A DNA stretch of 63,219 bases, filler included, from Chiloscyllium plagiosum (Eukaryota): the NCBI RefSeq assembly GCF_004010195.1. It is 5 parts of one record of this genome, joined end to end, with 100 filler letters (N's around TTAATTAATTAA, not from the genome) between each part and the next. Parts side by side here need not be neighbours in the genome. Positions count along the whole stretch, not along the records: positions 37,391 to 51,686 come from NC_057714.1; positions 51,787 to 57,453 come from NC_057714.1; positions 57,554 to 63,219 come from NC_057714.1; 2 more parts are not named here. One strand, written 5' to 3'. The position numbers were made by a program, and so were the translations under genes. This document shows, one piece after another, positions 48,227 through 60,787 of this stretch (its first letter is position 1; each line of letters starts with the position of its first letter). The notes beneath the pieces were generated by a model that searched no databases, was not told the origin of the DNA, and saw only the letters and a list, made by a program, of their open reading frames with translations.

Positions 48227-50654
48227 CTAACCAGTAGTTTGGCCCATTATATGGGTCTTCTAGATCTAAGGGAATGTCAGATCAGATACTCATCAAGTGA
48301 GCCAAAAATGTATTGAGGTACCAATAGTTTAGATGCCTAAGGCCATCCAGATTCCTTTTAGTCAGGAGGAATTTGTTGTAGAAATGTGTTGACTGAACCG
48401 TCATTGCATAATTAAAAAATTTCTTAGATTTTATTTATAAATGTCAGAATGTATTTTATCAGTATGTAAAAGTATTTATCCTTACATTGAGAATTTAACA
48501 AACCTGACAGAAGGTATGGAGGCAGGGTCATTGAATATTTTAAAAATAGAGGCTGATTGATTCTTGCTAGACAGAAAAATCAAGGGTTATTGGGAACACA
48601 AAACAGATAAGATAAGGTCTTCTTGAAAAGCAGAACATTCTCAAGCAATTGAAAGGTCCTACTTCTGCCCTTATTTTGGGTCTTTGTATGTTCCATAATA
48701 AGTAACAAAACTGCATACTACACCAACCAAACACCCTCACTTGCCACAGTTGTAATCCCCTTCTCCTTTGCATTGAGCCACTAACTCGGTTTCCATGCTT
48801 TGAATTTGAATTTCCGTTTCCCAGAACGCTGGTGCGAGCATTAACAAATAGCCAGGCAGCTGTATGCATTTCCTCAAGTCAACGTCTTAATGCACTGCCT
48901 CCAGCTGTTCACAATTGTGATTTTTAATTAGTAGAAGATCATTTGTAAATAGGCTTTCCCTGCCATATTCCCCGCATCCTCCACACTCCTCGCTGAAAAA
49001 ATACATTTAGATCTTCTTTATCGTTGCTTTAAAACCTGTCTGAAAACATTTGCAGGCAGTCAGCATTTACAAATAATAAAGTGTGTGTAAACATGGTAGT
49101 GTGGCTGTTTTTGAAGCACCTTTAGCAGAGGCACAGTTACAGCTGTCAGGATAGTGCAGTTTATAGGTTATAGTCTGTCCACATCTTGTAGATTTCAGTT
49201 TAAGAAATGCAATTAGGTGCAAAGGGCTCAAATCAAGAAGATTGTCTCATGAAGCAGCTCAAGTGTAAGTCACGGAGCACTCTACCTAGTAATTTAAATG
49301 ACTGACCATTCAATTTATGAGCATTCCAAGCAATAAAATCCAGACTGAACTTCATAACAGCACATTTTATGTGACAAAGATGACAATTACAGTCTATCGT
49401 TACTGCAGTCGCTCTTTGGTCTGAAAGAAGCTGACAGTATTAATTATATGCAGTTGTCATTCATCAGACTTAACTTGGCAGCCAGCTGAGTCTTTATTCC
49501 TATCACCACTTTGACGATTACATTTAGAATTTTTTAATACACTGAACCAAAGATAATTAGGATAGAAGTGAACATAACTTTCCTTTTATCTTATGCAGAG
49601 TAATTTATCCCAGTGTCTGCATCGAGTAGTGACGGAATATTACCTGAGTCAAAGCTTTTTTTTCCATCTTGAACGCATAATATAAGGGCGTAGCAGTAGT
49701 GCCTAAGAGACAGGTAAACTCAAATACATACATGCAGTTTTAAAGTAATGTAATTTCATATCTAATGTATTAATTTGAAAGAGCATCCATCACTGTGTGA
49801 CAAATACGAGAAACATTTGTGCACAGCAAGATCCCATAAAAGGTTGATGTAACCTAGTCTCTGTTTTTAAATGTTGCCAGAGGAGTATAATTCAGAAACG
49901 CCAGTGAAACCTCCCTGTATATTTCATGGAATATTTAACATCTATCAACATAGGCCGGCAAGAGTCATGGATTAATGTCTTATTTGAAAAGTAATACTTC
50001 CTGCAGTACAATCCTCTTTCCACGCTGTACTGAAATGCCAAAGGACTACAATTTGAATTCACATTTTATGATTCAAACGTTGAGAATAGTATCAATCTAT
50101 TTTCAATTATATGTTACACTCGCACTACTTCCCACATTATACTTCTAAAACCTATCCATTTTTCCATCTGAGGACTGAATAGCTATAATAGCAGTCAAAG
50201 AAAATGCTGTTAATTGCACATCTTCTGATCTAGTCTACTTTTTACATATATATTGTCTTCGAATTACTGGCCTCATGTTAATTTCTCATTTTCTCAAATT
50301 CATTTTATCTATTTTGCTTCTCTGGCAATTTTTGTTTCATCTTTGCTTGACCCTTTTAGATTCTTCTCTCCAATTGCTTCCCATTTCTTATTTTTCTCTC
50401 CGTTTCATCCTTGACTTATTTTCCCCATCTCACTTCTTTCACCAATTAGATATATCAGTCCCAGGGAATCCTTTTCCAAGGGAAGAATGGATGAAGGTAG
50501 GGGATAATGTGATACATGAGAGGATTTAGGGGTGGGGTTGATTGCAGAAATTGGTTGAGCTGGAAAAGAGGCCAACGTTTTGGGTAGTACCTATGAAGAA
50601 TCGTAGGACATGAGGGGATGCTGCAGTATGGGCAACAGTATCATGGAAGAGGCA

Positions 50655-50985
50655 TAGAAACCAGAAGGAGGAAGCCATTCAGCCCCTCGAGCCTGCTCTC
50701 CCAGTCAATATGACCATAGCTGATTCTGTCTGACTGCTATATTCCTACTTTCTCACCATAACCCTCGGTGCCTTTGCAATCTGAAAATGTATCTCTTTCC
50801 TAAATATATTTATTGACTCGGCATCCGCAGTGTTCTGAGGTAGAGAATTACCCAGCTTCACTACCATTATTTTTTCATCTCAGTCCTAAATGGTTTACCC
50901 CTTATTCTAAGAGCAGTTCTAGTCTCCCCAATCAGAGGAAACATTCTTCCTGCATCTTATCTGTCCAGCCCTGTATGAATTGTAT
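50655..50985 (-). mobile_element. CR1 LINE 3' fragment
   Basis: GCCATTCAGCCCCTCGAGCCTGCTC terminus and CATCTCAGTCCTAAATGG block. Confidence 0.7.
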
Positions 50986-50993
50986 ATTTCAAT

Positions 50994-51313
50994 CAAAGTT
51001 AAAAAAATCACACAACACCAGGTTATAGTCCAACAGGTTTAATTGGAAGCACTAGCTTTCAGAGCGCTGCTCCTTCATCAGGTGGTTGTGGAGTACACAA
51101 TTGTAAGACACAGAATTTATAGCAAAAGTTTATAGTGTGATCTAACTGAAATTTTATATTAAAAAAATCTTGATTGTTTGTTGAGTCTTTCATCTGTTAG
51201 AATGACCATGATAGTTTCACTTCTTTCATATGTAAATCACAAAACCTTTGTTTAAAAGTTACATTTTCAGGTTAACTGTAACAATTGGTGTTAGCTAAAC
51301 AATATGTTGAAGG
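50994..51313 (-). mobile_element. Penelope-like element (second family)
   Basis: Reverse complement of 20715-20940. Confidence 0.85.
51050..51084 (-). ncRNA. Minimal type-I hammerhead ribozyme, intact core
   Basis: Minus strand CAC-CTGATGA-A-GGAGC-AGC-GCTCT-GAAA-GC-TA-GTG. Confidence 0.78.
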
Positions 51314-51686
51314 TGGATCAGTGGTGCTGGAAGAGCACAGCAGTTCAAGCAGCATCCAATGAGCAGCGAAATTGACGTTTCAGGCAAAAGCCCTTCATCA
51401 GGAATAAAGGCAGTGAGCCTGAAGCGTGAAGAGATAAGCTAGGGGAGGGTGGGGGAGGAGATGAAGGTGATAGGTCAGGGAGGAGAGGATGGAGTGGATA
51501 GGTGGAAAAGGAGTTAGGCAGGTCGGACAAGTCCGGACAAGTCATGGGGACAGTGCTGAGCTGGAAGTTTGAAACTAGGATGAGGTGGGGGAAGGGGAAA
51601 TGAGGAAACTGTTGAAGTCCACATTGATGCCCTGGGGTTGAAGTGTTCCAAGGCAGAAGATGAGGCGTTCTTCCTCCAGGCATCTG
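51314..51686 (-). mobile_element. Penelope-like element 3' end (end of GIY-YIG ORF plus pLTR), cut by gap
   Basis: Minus strand RCLEEERLIFCLGTLQPQGINVDFNSFLIS, pyrimidine tract, then hammerhead core. Confidence 0.85.
51370..51405 (-). ncRNA. Minimal type-I hammerhead ribozyme
   Basis: Minus strand ATTC-CTGATGA-A-GGGC-TTTT-GCCT-GAAA-CG-TC-AATT; helix I weak. Confidence 0.65.
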
Positions 51687-51786
51687 NNNNNNNNNNNNNN
51701 NNNNNNNNNNNNNNNNNNNNNNNNNNNNNNTTAATTAATTAANNNNNNNNNNNNNNNNNNNNNNNNNNNNNNNNNNNNNNNNNNNN

Positions 51787-54700
51787 CAGCACTCTCGTGG
51801 CCATCTATTCCAGAACTCTCGTGACCATCCACTCCAGTACTCTCGTGGCCAGCCATTCCAGCACTCTCTTGGCCAGCCATTCGGGCACTCTCGTGGCTAT
51901 CCACTCCAGCACTCTCGTGGTCATCCACTCCTGCACTCTCGTGGCCATCCATTCCAACACTCTCCTGGCCATCCATTCCAGCACTCTCATGGTCATCCAT
52001 TCCAGCACTCACGTGGTCATCCATTCTGGATCTCTCATGGTCATCCACTCCAGCATTCTCGTGGCCATCCACTCCAACACTCTCATGGTCATCCTCTCCA
52101 CCACTCTCATCGCTATTCACTCCAGCACTGTCGTGGCCATCCACTCCAGAACTGTCGTGGCCATCCACTCCAGCACTCACGTAGCCATCCACTCCAGCAC
52201 TCACGTAGCCATCCATTCCAGCACTCACGTAGCCATCCACCCCGGCACGCTTGTGGCCCTCAACACCAGGACTATCAAGACCATCCACTCCAGCACTGTC
52301 ATGGCCATCCATTCCAGCACTCACGTGGTCATCCATTCTGGATCTCTCATGGTCATCCACTCCAGCATTCTCATGGCCATCCACAACAGCACTCTCGTGG
52401 CCATCTATTCCAGAACTCTCGTGACCATCCACTCCAGTACTCTCGTGGCCAGCCATTCCAGCACTCTCTTGGCCAGCCATTCGGGCACTCTCGTGGCTAT
52501 CCACTCCAGCACTCTCGTGGTCATCCACTCCAGCACGGTCATGGCCATCTATTTCAGCACTCTCATGGCCATCCATTCCGGATCTCTCTTGGTCATCCAT
52601 TCCAGCACTCACGTGGTCATCCATTCTGGATCTGTCATGGTCATCCACTCCAGCATTCTCATGGCCATCCACAACAGCACTCTCGTGGCCATCTATTCCA
52701 GAACTCTCGTGACCATCCTCTCCAGTACTCTCGTGGCCAGCCATTCCAGCACTCTCTTAGCCAGCCATTCGGGCACTCTCGTGGCTATCCACTCCAGCAC
52801 TCTCGTGGTCATCCACTCCAGCACGGTCATGGCCATCTATTTCAGCACTCTCATGGTCATCCATTCCGGATCTCTCTTGGTCATCCATTCCAGCACTCAC
52901 GTGGTCATCCATTCTGGATCTCTCATGGTCATCCACTCCAGCATTCTCATGGCCATCCACTCCAGCACTCTCATGGTAATGTATTCCAGCACTCTCATGA
53001 TCATCCACTGCAGCACTCCCATTGCCATCCACTCCAGTACTCTTGTGGTTCATTCACTCCAGCACTCTCATGGCCGTCCACTCCAGTCCTCTCCTGGCCA
53101 TCAACTCCAGCACTATCGTGGCCATCCACACCAGCACTCTCCTGGCCATCCATACCAGCACTCTCGTAGCCATCCACTCCAGCACTCTCGTGGCCATTCA
53201 CTCCAGCACTCACGTGGTCATCCATTCTGGATCTCTCATGGCCATTCACTCCAGCACTCTCGTGACCATCCACTCTAGCACTCACGTAGCCGTCCACTCC
53301 GGCACGCATATGGCCATCAACTCCAGGACTATCAAGGCCATCCACTCCAGCATAGTCATGGCCATCTATTTCAGCACTCTCATGGTCATCCATTCCGGAT
53401 CTCTCTTGGTCATCCACTCCAGCATTCACATGGCCATCCACAACAGCATTTCGTGGCCATCTATTCCTGAATTCTCGTGACCATCCTCTCCAGTACTCTC
53501 GTGGCCAGCCATTCCAGCACTCTCTTGACCAGCCATTCGGGCACTCTGGTGGCCATCCACTCCAGCACTCTCGTGGTCATCCACTCCAGCACTCTCGTGG
53601 CCATCCACTCCAGCACTCTCATGGCCATCCACTCCACCACTCTCATGGCCATCCATTCCAGCACTCTCATGGCCATCCACTCCACCACTCTCATGGCCAT
53701 CTATTTCAGCACTCTCGTGATCATCCACTCCACCACTCTCGTGGCCATCCACTCCAGCACTCTCATGGCCATCCACTCCAGCACTCACATGCCATCCACT
53801 CCACCACTCTCATGGCCATCCATTCCAGCACTCTCATGGTAATGTATTCCAGCACTCTCATGATCATCCACTCCAGCACTCTCGTGGTTCATTCACTCCA
53901 GCACTCTCATGGCCGTCCACTCCAGCCCTCTCCTGGCCATCAACTCCAGCACTATCGTGGCCATCCACACCAGCACTCTCCTGGCCATCCATACCAGCAC
54001 TCTCGTGGCCATCCGCTCCAGCACTCTCGTGGCCATCCACTCCAGCACTCCCAGTGCCATTCCACTCCACCACTCTCATGGCCATCCACACCAGCAGTCT
54101 CGTGGCCATCCGCTCCAGCACTCTCGTGGCCATCCACTCCAGCACTCTCGTGGCCATCCACTCCAGCACTCCCAGTGCCATTCGACTCCACCACTCTCGT
54201 GGCCATCCATTCCAGCAATCTCGTGGCCATCCGCTCCAGCACTCTCGTCGTCATCCACGCCAGCACTCTCGTTGCCATCCACTCCAGGACTCTCATGGTC
54301 ATCCATTCCAGCATCACGTGGCCATCCACTCCGGATCTCTCATGGTCATCCACTCCAGCCCTCTTCTGGCCATCAACTCCCGCACTCTCGTGGTCATCCA
54401 CTCCAGCACTCTCATGGTCATCCACTCCAGCACTCTCCTGGCCATCCACTCCAGCACTCCCCTGGCCATCCACTCCAGCACTCTCATGGTCATCCACTCC
54501 AGCACTCTCATGGTCATCCACTCCTGCATTCTCGTGATCATCCACTCCAGCACTCTCATGGTCATCCACCCCTGCACTCTCATGGTCATCCACCCCTGCA
54601 CTCTCATGGTCATCCACTCCAGCACACTCATGGCCATCCACTCCAGCATTCTCATGGCCATCCAATCCAGCATTCTTGTGGCCAGCCAGTCCAGCACTCT

Positions 54701-57453
54701 CGTGGCCATCTACTACAGCATTCTCGTGGCCATCCTCTCCAGCACTCTCATGGCCATCCACTCCAGCCCTCTCGTGGCCATCCACTCCAGCATTCTCGTG
54801 GCCATCCACTCCACCACTCTCGTGGCCATCCATTCCAGCACTCTCGTGGCCATCCGTTCCAGCACTCTTGTGGCCATCCACTCCACCACTCTCATGGCCA
54901 TCCACTCCAGCACTCTCATGGCCATCCACTCCAGCACTCTCATGGCCATCCACTCCAGCACCCTCGTGGCCATTCACTCCAGCACTCTTGTGGCCATCCA
55001 CTCCAGCACTCGCGTGGCCATCCACTCCAGCACTCTCGTGGCAATCCACTCCAGCACTCTCGTGGCCATCCATTCCAGCACTCTCATGGTCATCCATTCC
55101 AGCACTCACGTGGCCATTCATTCCGGATCTCTCATGGTCATCCACTCCAGCATTCTCGTGGCCATCCAATCCAACACTCTCATGGTCATCCTCTCCACTC
55201 ACGTGGCCATTCATTCCGGATCTCTCGTGGCCATCCACTCCAGCACACTCGTGGCCATCCGCTCCAGCACTCTCGTCGCCATCCACGCCAGCACTTCCAG
55301 TGCCATTCCACTCCACCACTCTCATGGCCATCCACTCCAGCACTCTCGTGGCCATTTACTCCAGCACTGTCGTGGCCATCCACTCCAGCATTCACGTAGC
55401 CATCCACTCCAGCACTCACGTAGCCATCCACTCTGGCACGCTTGTGGCCATCTACTCCAGGACTATCAAGGCCAACCACTCCAGCACTGTCATGGCCATC
55501 CATTCCAGCACTCACGTGGTCATCCATTCTGGATCTCTCATGGTCATCCATGCCAGCATTCTCATGGCCATCCACAACAGCACTCTCGTGGCCATCTATT
55601 CCAGAACTCTCGTGACCATCCTCTCCAGTACTCTCGTGGCCATCCACTCCAGCACTCTCGTGGTCATCCACTCCAGCACAGTCATGGCCATCTATTTCAG
55701 TACTCTCGTGATCATCCACTCCACCCCTCTCGTGGCCATCCACTCCAGCACTCTCATGGCCATCCACTCCAGCACTTTCATGGCCATCCGCTCCAGCACT
55801 CTCGTGGCCATCCACTCCTGCACTCTCATGGCCATCCACTCCAGCACTCGACTGGTCATCCACTCCACCACTCTCATGGTCATCCACTCCAGCACTCCCA
55901 GTGCCATTCCACTCCACCACTCTCATGGCCATACACACCAGCACTCTCGTGGCCATCCGTTCCAGCACTCTCGTGGTCATCCACTCCAGCACTCTCGTGG
56001 CCATCCACTCCAGCACTCTGCTGGCCATCCGCTCCAGCACTCTCGTGGCCATCCACTCCAGCATTCTCGTGGCCATCCACTCCAGCACTCTCGTGGCCAT
56101 CCACTCCAGCACTCTCGTGGCCGTGGCCATCCACTCCAGCACTCTCGTGGCCATCCACTCCAGCACTCTGCTGGACATCCACTCCTGCACTCTCATGGCC
56201 ATCAACTCCAGCACTCGTATGGACACCGACTCCAGCACTCTCGTGGCCATCCACTCCAGCACTCTTGAGGCCATCAATCCAGCACTCTCATGGTTCATTG
56301 ACTCCAGCACTCGCATGGTTATCCATTCCAGCACTCGCATGGGCACCCATTCTACCACTCTCGTGGTCATCCAATCCTGCACTCTCCTGGCCATCCATTC
56401 CACAATCTCCGGGCCATCCACGTCAGCACTCTCATGGTCATCAACTCCAGCACTCCCGTGGCTATCCATTCCAGCACTCTCATGGCCATCCACTCCAGCA
56501 CTCGTATGGTCATCGACTCCAGCACTGTCGTGGCCATCAATCCAGCACTCTCCAGGCGATCCACTCAAGCACTCTCCTGGCCATCCACTCCCGCACTCTC
56601 GTGGCCATTCACTCCAGCACTCTTGTGGCCATTCACTCCAGCACTCTTGTGGCCATCCAATCCAGCACTCTAGCATGGCCATCCACTCCAGCACTCTCAA
56701 GGTCATCCATTCCAGCCCACTCGTGGTCATACATTCCACCACTCTCCTGGCCATCCACTCCAGCACTCTCGTGGTCATCTACTTCAGCACTCTCGTGATC
56801 ATCCACTCCAGCACTCCCATGGTCATCCACTCCAGCACTCTCATGGTCATCCACTCCAGCATCCCATTGCCATCCACTCCACCACTCTCATGGCCATCCA
56901 CACCAGCACTCTCGTGGCCATCCATTCCTGCACTCTCGTGGCTATCCACTCCAGCACTCTCATGGCCATCCACTCCAGCACTCTCGTGGTCATCCACTCC
57001 TGCACTATCGTGGTCATCCACTCCTGCACTCTCGTGGTCATCCACTCCAGCACTCTCATGGTCATCCATTCCAGCATCCCATTGCCATCCACTCCAGCAC
57101 TCTCGTGGCCATCAACTCCCGGACTATCATGGCCATCCATTCCAACACTCTCGTGGCCGTCCATTCCAGCATTCTCCTGGCCATCCACTGCAGCATCTCA
57201 TGGTCATCCATTCCAGCACTCACGTGGCCATCCATTCCGGATCTCTCATGGTCATCCACTCCAGCATTCTCGTGGTTATCCACTTCAGCACTTTCGTGGG
57301 CAGCCATGCCGGCACTCTCGTGGCCAGCCACTCCAGCACTCTCGTGGCCAGCCACTGCTGCACGCTCGTGGTCATCCACTCCAGCACTCTTCTGGCCATC
57401 CACTCCAGCACTCTCGTGGTCATCCACTCCAGCACTGTCATGGCCATCCACTC
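51787..57453. repeat. 24-bp minisatellite/satellite, consensus GGCCATCCACTCCAGCACTCTCGT, ~235 units, both ends in gaps
   Basis: 8-aa periodicity in all frames (AIHSSTLV, GHPLQHSR, WPSTPALS, DGHESAGV, MATRVLEW, WPRECWSG); scattered indels. Confidence 0.97.
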
Positions 57454-57553
57454 NNNNNNNNNNNNNNNNNNNNNNNNNNNNNNNNNNNNNNNNNNNNTTA
57501 ATTAATTAANNNNNNNNNNNNNNNNNNNNNNNNNNNNNNNNNNNNNNNNNNNN

Positions 57554-57770
57554 CCAACACCACACACTGTCCACTCCAACACCAGACACTGTCCACACCA
57601 ACACCACACACAGTCCACTCCAACACCACACACTGTCCGCACCAACACCACACACTGTCCACACCAACACTACACACTATCCACACCAACACCACATACT
57701 GTCCGCACCAACACCAGACACTGTCCACACCTACACCAGACACTGCCCACACCAACGCCAGACGCTGTCT
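57554..57770. repeat. 22-bp CA-rich minisatellite (CCAACACCACACACTGTCCACA), ~10 units
   Basis: Direct periodicity; left end in gap. Confidence 0.9.
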
Positions 57771-58139
57771 ATTCCAGTAATGCACCATCTGTCCTCTGCA
57801 GTCTCCCAGTCAGTGTATTTATTTACCCATCATGTGGTTTGCAAAGAGCTCTCTTCCCTCCCACCTTCCACCCCCGTCCATACGCAATCCCCTTGCAGTG
57901 AAACGGTCGAGTCTGCTGTGGCTGGGCGCTGTTCCCAATTTGCAGTCCCCCCCTTCACAATCGATAATTAAGAAGTTAATCAAGCCGGCCGCCTCAGCGT
58001 CCTGAATTGTGTTCGCATTAGCAGCCACGCTTGGCACCAGTTAATTGTCCTCCCAGTGTCTCGGTGAGATCTTCTTTTGAGCTCTGTGCGGGAGGTTAAT
58101 TAAAGAATTTCAGACAACAGTCAGTCGGGATGACTGTCA

Positions 58140-58960
58140 CATCAGCCCGTGATGTGCGTGCCCGCACGAAAGCCAAAATGAAATTGTTTCTCGCCTGGCA
58201 CCCCCCCCTTGGGAGCAGAGGCTGGAGACAGGGAAAGTTCGTTGGAATGTCTCTTTTCGTCCAGCTTAAATCGTCAGAGTTCCTGCTCACGCTGTGATCC
58301 GATTGGGCCAGACATCAGCGCCGCGTCCCCGGCCGGGCCGCGTGAACCATGACGCCCTGAGCGCGGTGTCTGTCCCCATATGTCCCTGGTTGCAGCCCTG
58401 ACCCTGCCAGGGTAATAAGCCGTGAGGTGGTTGGAGCTGCCACTGGACTGGGAGTGGACAGCACCAGGTTATGGCTCCGATTATTTGTAAACACCAGCTT
58501 TCAGAGCTTCATCAGGAAATTTGGATCTTTTGACGCCATGTTGTCCCATCTCAATGTTAGTTGTGAGTGCTAACATAAATATTAGCTCGCATTAGGAACC
58601 CTCCCTCCCTCCTGTTTTCACCAGTACACTTGTTTAACTTGCTCATGAGATGGGTATGTCGCTGGCTGGACCCTGAATTTATTCCCCCTGACCTCTAGTT
58701 GCCCCCTTGAGATGGGAGAAACCTGCCCTCCCCCCCTACTGCTCCGGCAGGCCTTCGAGAAAATCAAAACGTCGCTCCGTTTACGGAGGGCTGCACTCAT
58801 TCTGCTCACGGCGCGAAAGGGTGGGCCTCGATAAACGCGGGGTGCTTGCTTTCGGATCGTGAGAGGTGGAGGACGCAACAGCGGATTGGAATCTCGGCGA
58901 AAATTAAACAAAACAAAATGGCTACCTTGGCAGTTTCCAGGCCCGCTCGCTGTTTTCCTT
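58140..58960. promoter_or_regulatory. CpG-rich segment (CpG-island-like)
   Basis: Dense CG dinucleotides (CGCCGCGTCCCCGGCCGGGCCGCG; CGGCGCG; AACGCGG) compared with the CpG-poor left 51 kb. Confidence 0.45.
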
Positions 58961-59059
58961 CACGCTCTCCTTCCTGAAGTCATTATTCTCAACGTTACTC
59001 TGAGGGGGCAGTGGGCTGGGGAGCAGTCCGGAGATGAGCCTCCCCACAGTCTCCAACTT

Positions 59060-59430
59060 TGTCTCCTTTGTGGGATGTGGACGTCTCTGGCTGGGCCCAG
59101 CATTTATTCTCCACCCCACCCCCCCCCCTCCCCCACCTTGAGAAGGTGAGGGTGAGCCGCCATCTTGAACCGCTGCAGTCCGTGTGTGTGGGTTAGGCCC
59201 ACAATGCCCTGGGGGAGGGAGTTCCAGGACTCTGACCCAAAGAACGTTCGATATATTCCCAAGTCGGGATGGGGAGCGGTGGGAACTTGCAGAGGGGGGG
59301 TGGTGTTCCCATGTACCTGCTGCCCCTTGTCCTTCTAAGATGGTGGTGGGTTTGGAATGTGCTGCCTGAGGAGCCTCGGGGAGTTGCTGCAGTGCGTCTT
59401 GTAGAGGGTACGCACTGAGCGTCAGGGGTT
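59060..59430 (-). mobile_element. Degraded LINE 3' fragment (family of 44700-45660)
   Basis: GGCTGGGCCCAGCATTTATT tail, CTTGAACCGCTGCAGTCC, GGTGTTCCCATG blocks collinear with 44730-45030. Confidence 0.65.
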
Positions 59431-59839
59431 GGGGGGGAGTGGATACCGCGACAGCCGATGTCGGTTCCCACCGTCGTTTCTGAACCTCCCCAAGGCCTTA
59501 CCGGGGCCCATCCCGTGTTTCCATGGCGATCTCTGGCCTTCTGGCGTCTCTCCCCCCTCCCCTGGCTCGGACTCCCCATCACTCCACCACTCAGGCCCAG
59601 TGCTCCGCCACTCCCTCCCTGCTGCCCCCTCTCCGCAAGAAAATGCCGGACAAAATCTGATTTTGTCCGGCAGGGGAAACGGGCTACCCTGGCCGTTGCA
59701 GTAGGCCATTCGGCCCCTCGCATCTGGTCTGCCACTCCGTGAGAGCCCAGCCGTTGTGGATCCCAGCCCCACACACTTGCCTCGTCTCCAAATGTTGACC
59801 TCAAATTTAAACCTGACAATCAATGCAGAACCAATCGCC

Positions 59840-60560
59840 CTTTGAATTTGGGTGTGAATTAGACCGTAAATGGCAGAGCCCTGGGATCTGAGACATATCT
59901 GAGGGTACAGTCCTAAAAGTGTCGAGAGGGGTGACCAAGGTGTTTAAGAAGGCAGATGGAATGCTTGCCTTCATCGTCTGGGGCATGGGGTTGGCAAACC
60001 AGTGACATGACACCCTCGCTAGGCCGCGTTCGGAGGATTGTGTGCAGTTTTGGGCGCCCCCGCCTACCAGAAGGAGGTGGAAGTTTTGTAGAGCGAGCGC
60101 CAGAGGAGGTTCACCGTGACATTGCCTGGTCTCGAGAGGCCCCTGGCTACGAGGAAAGGTTAAAGAGACTGGGATTGTTTTCACCGGGAAAGACGCGGGC
60201 TGAGAGGAGGCCCGATAGAGGCCGACACAATTCTGAGAGGAATCGATAGGGCGGATAGTCAGAGGCTCTCCCCTCCCCAGGGTCAAAGGGTCAATTCCGA
60301 GGGGGTCACAGGTTCAAGGTGGGAGGGGGGACAGTTTAAGTGAGGGAAGGTTTTCACGCAGAGAGTGGTAGGAGCCTGGAACGCACTGTCAGGAGAGGTG
60401 GGGGAAGCAGGCACCCGGGCCACATTGAAGATGGTTCCAGGAACAGGGAGGGAATAGAGGGAGACGGACCGAATAAGGGCAGGAGGTTTGTTTAGTCAGG
60501 GCACGACGATCGGCACAGGCCTGGAGGGGCCGAAGGGCCTGTTCCTGTGCTGTATGTCTC
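59840..60560 (+). mobile_element. CR1 LINE 3' fragment, GC-shifted
   Basis: Degraded CVQFWAP, YEERLKRLGLFS; tail GGGCCGAAGGGCCTGTTCCTGTGCTGTA. Confidence 0.8.
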
Positions 60561-60787
60561 TTTGTTAACGAGACCACCGCACCTCAACCACCACTCCTGA
60601 AAGGTCCATCTTTAACCTTGAGACTTCACCCCTCCCCTAACCCCTGCCCGCCTTGACTTCCCAACATGGGTCAGAGCATTGAGTCCGGGAGTTGGGAAGC
60701 CATGTCATGGGCTGTACGAGATATTGGTGAGGCCACATTTGGAGTACTGATCACCATTCTGAGTCATCCCTGCTATGGGAAGGCTGC

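Noticed and set aside
51731..57509. Long ORFs of 300-914 aa (His-rich, Asp/His-rich, WPSTPALS) as protein-coding genes
   Set aside because: They overlap in all six frames, arise from a stop-free 24-bp unit, switch frame at indels and have no unique domain.
58925..58998. Possible minus-strand exon SNVENNDFRKESVKENSERAWKLP
   Set aside because: Weak donor (AAG|GTAGCC); splicing from the 62881 donor gives an immediate stop; no recognisable homology.
59193..60286. GC-rich ORFs of 130-208 aa
   Set aside because: They overlap degraded LINE fragments on both strands; long ORFs are expected by chance at high GC.
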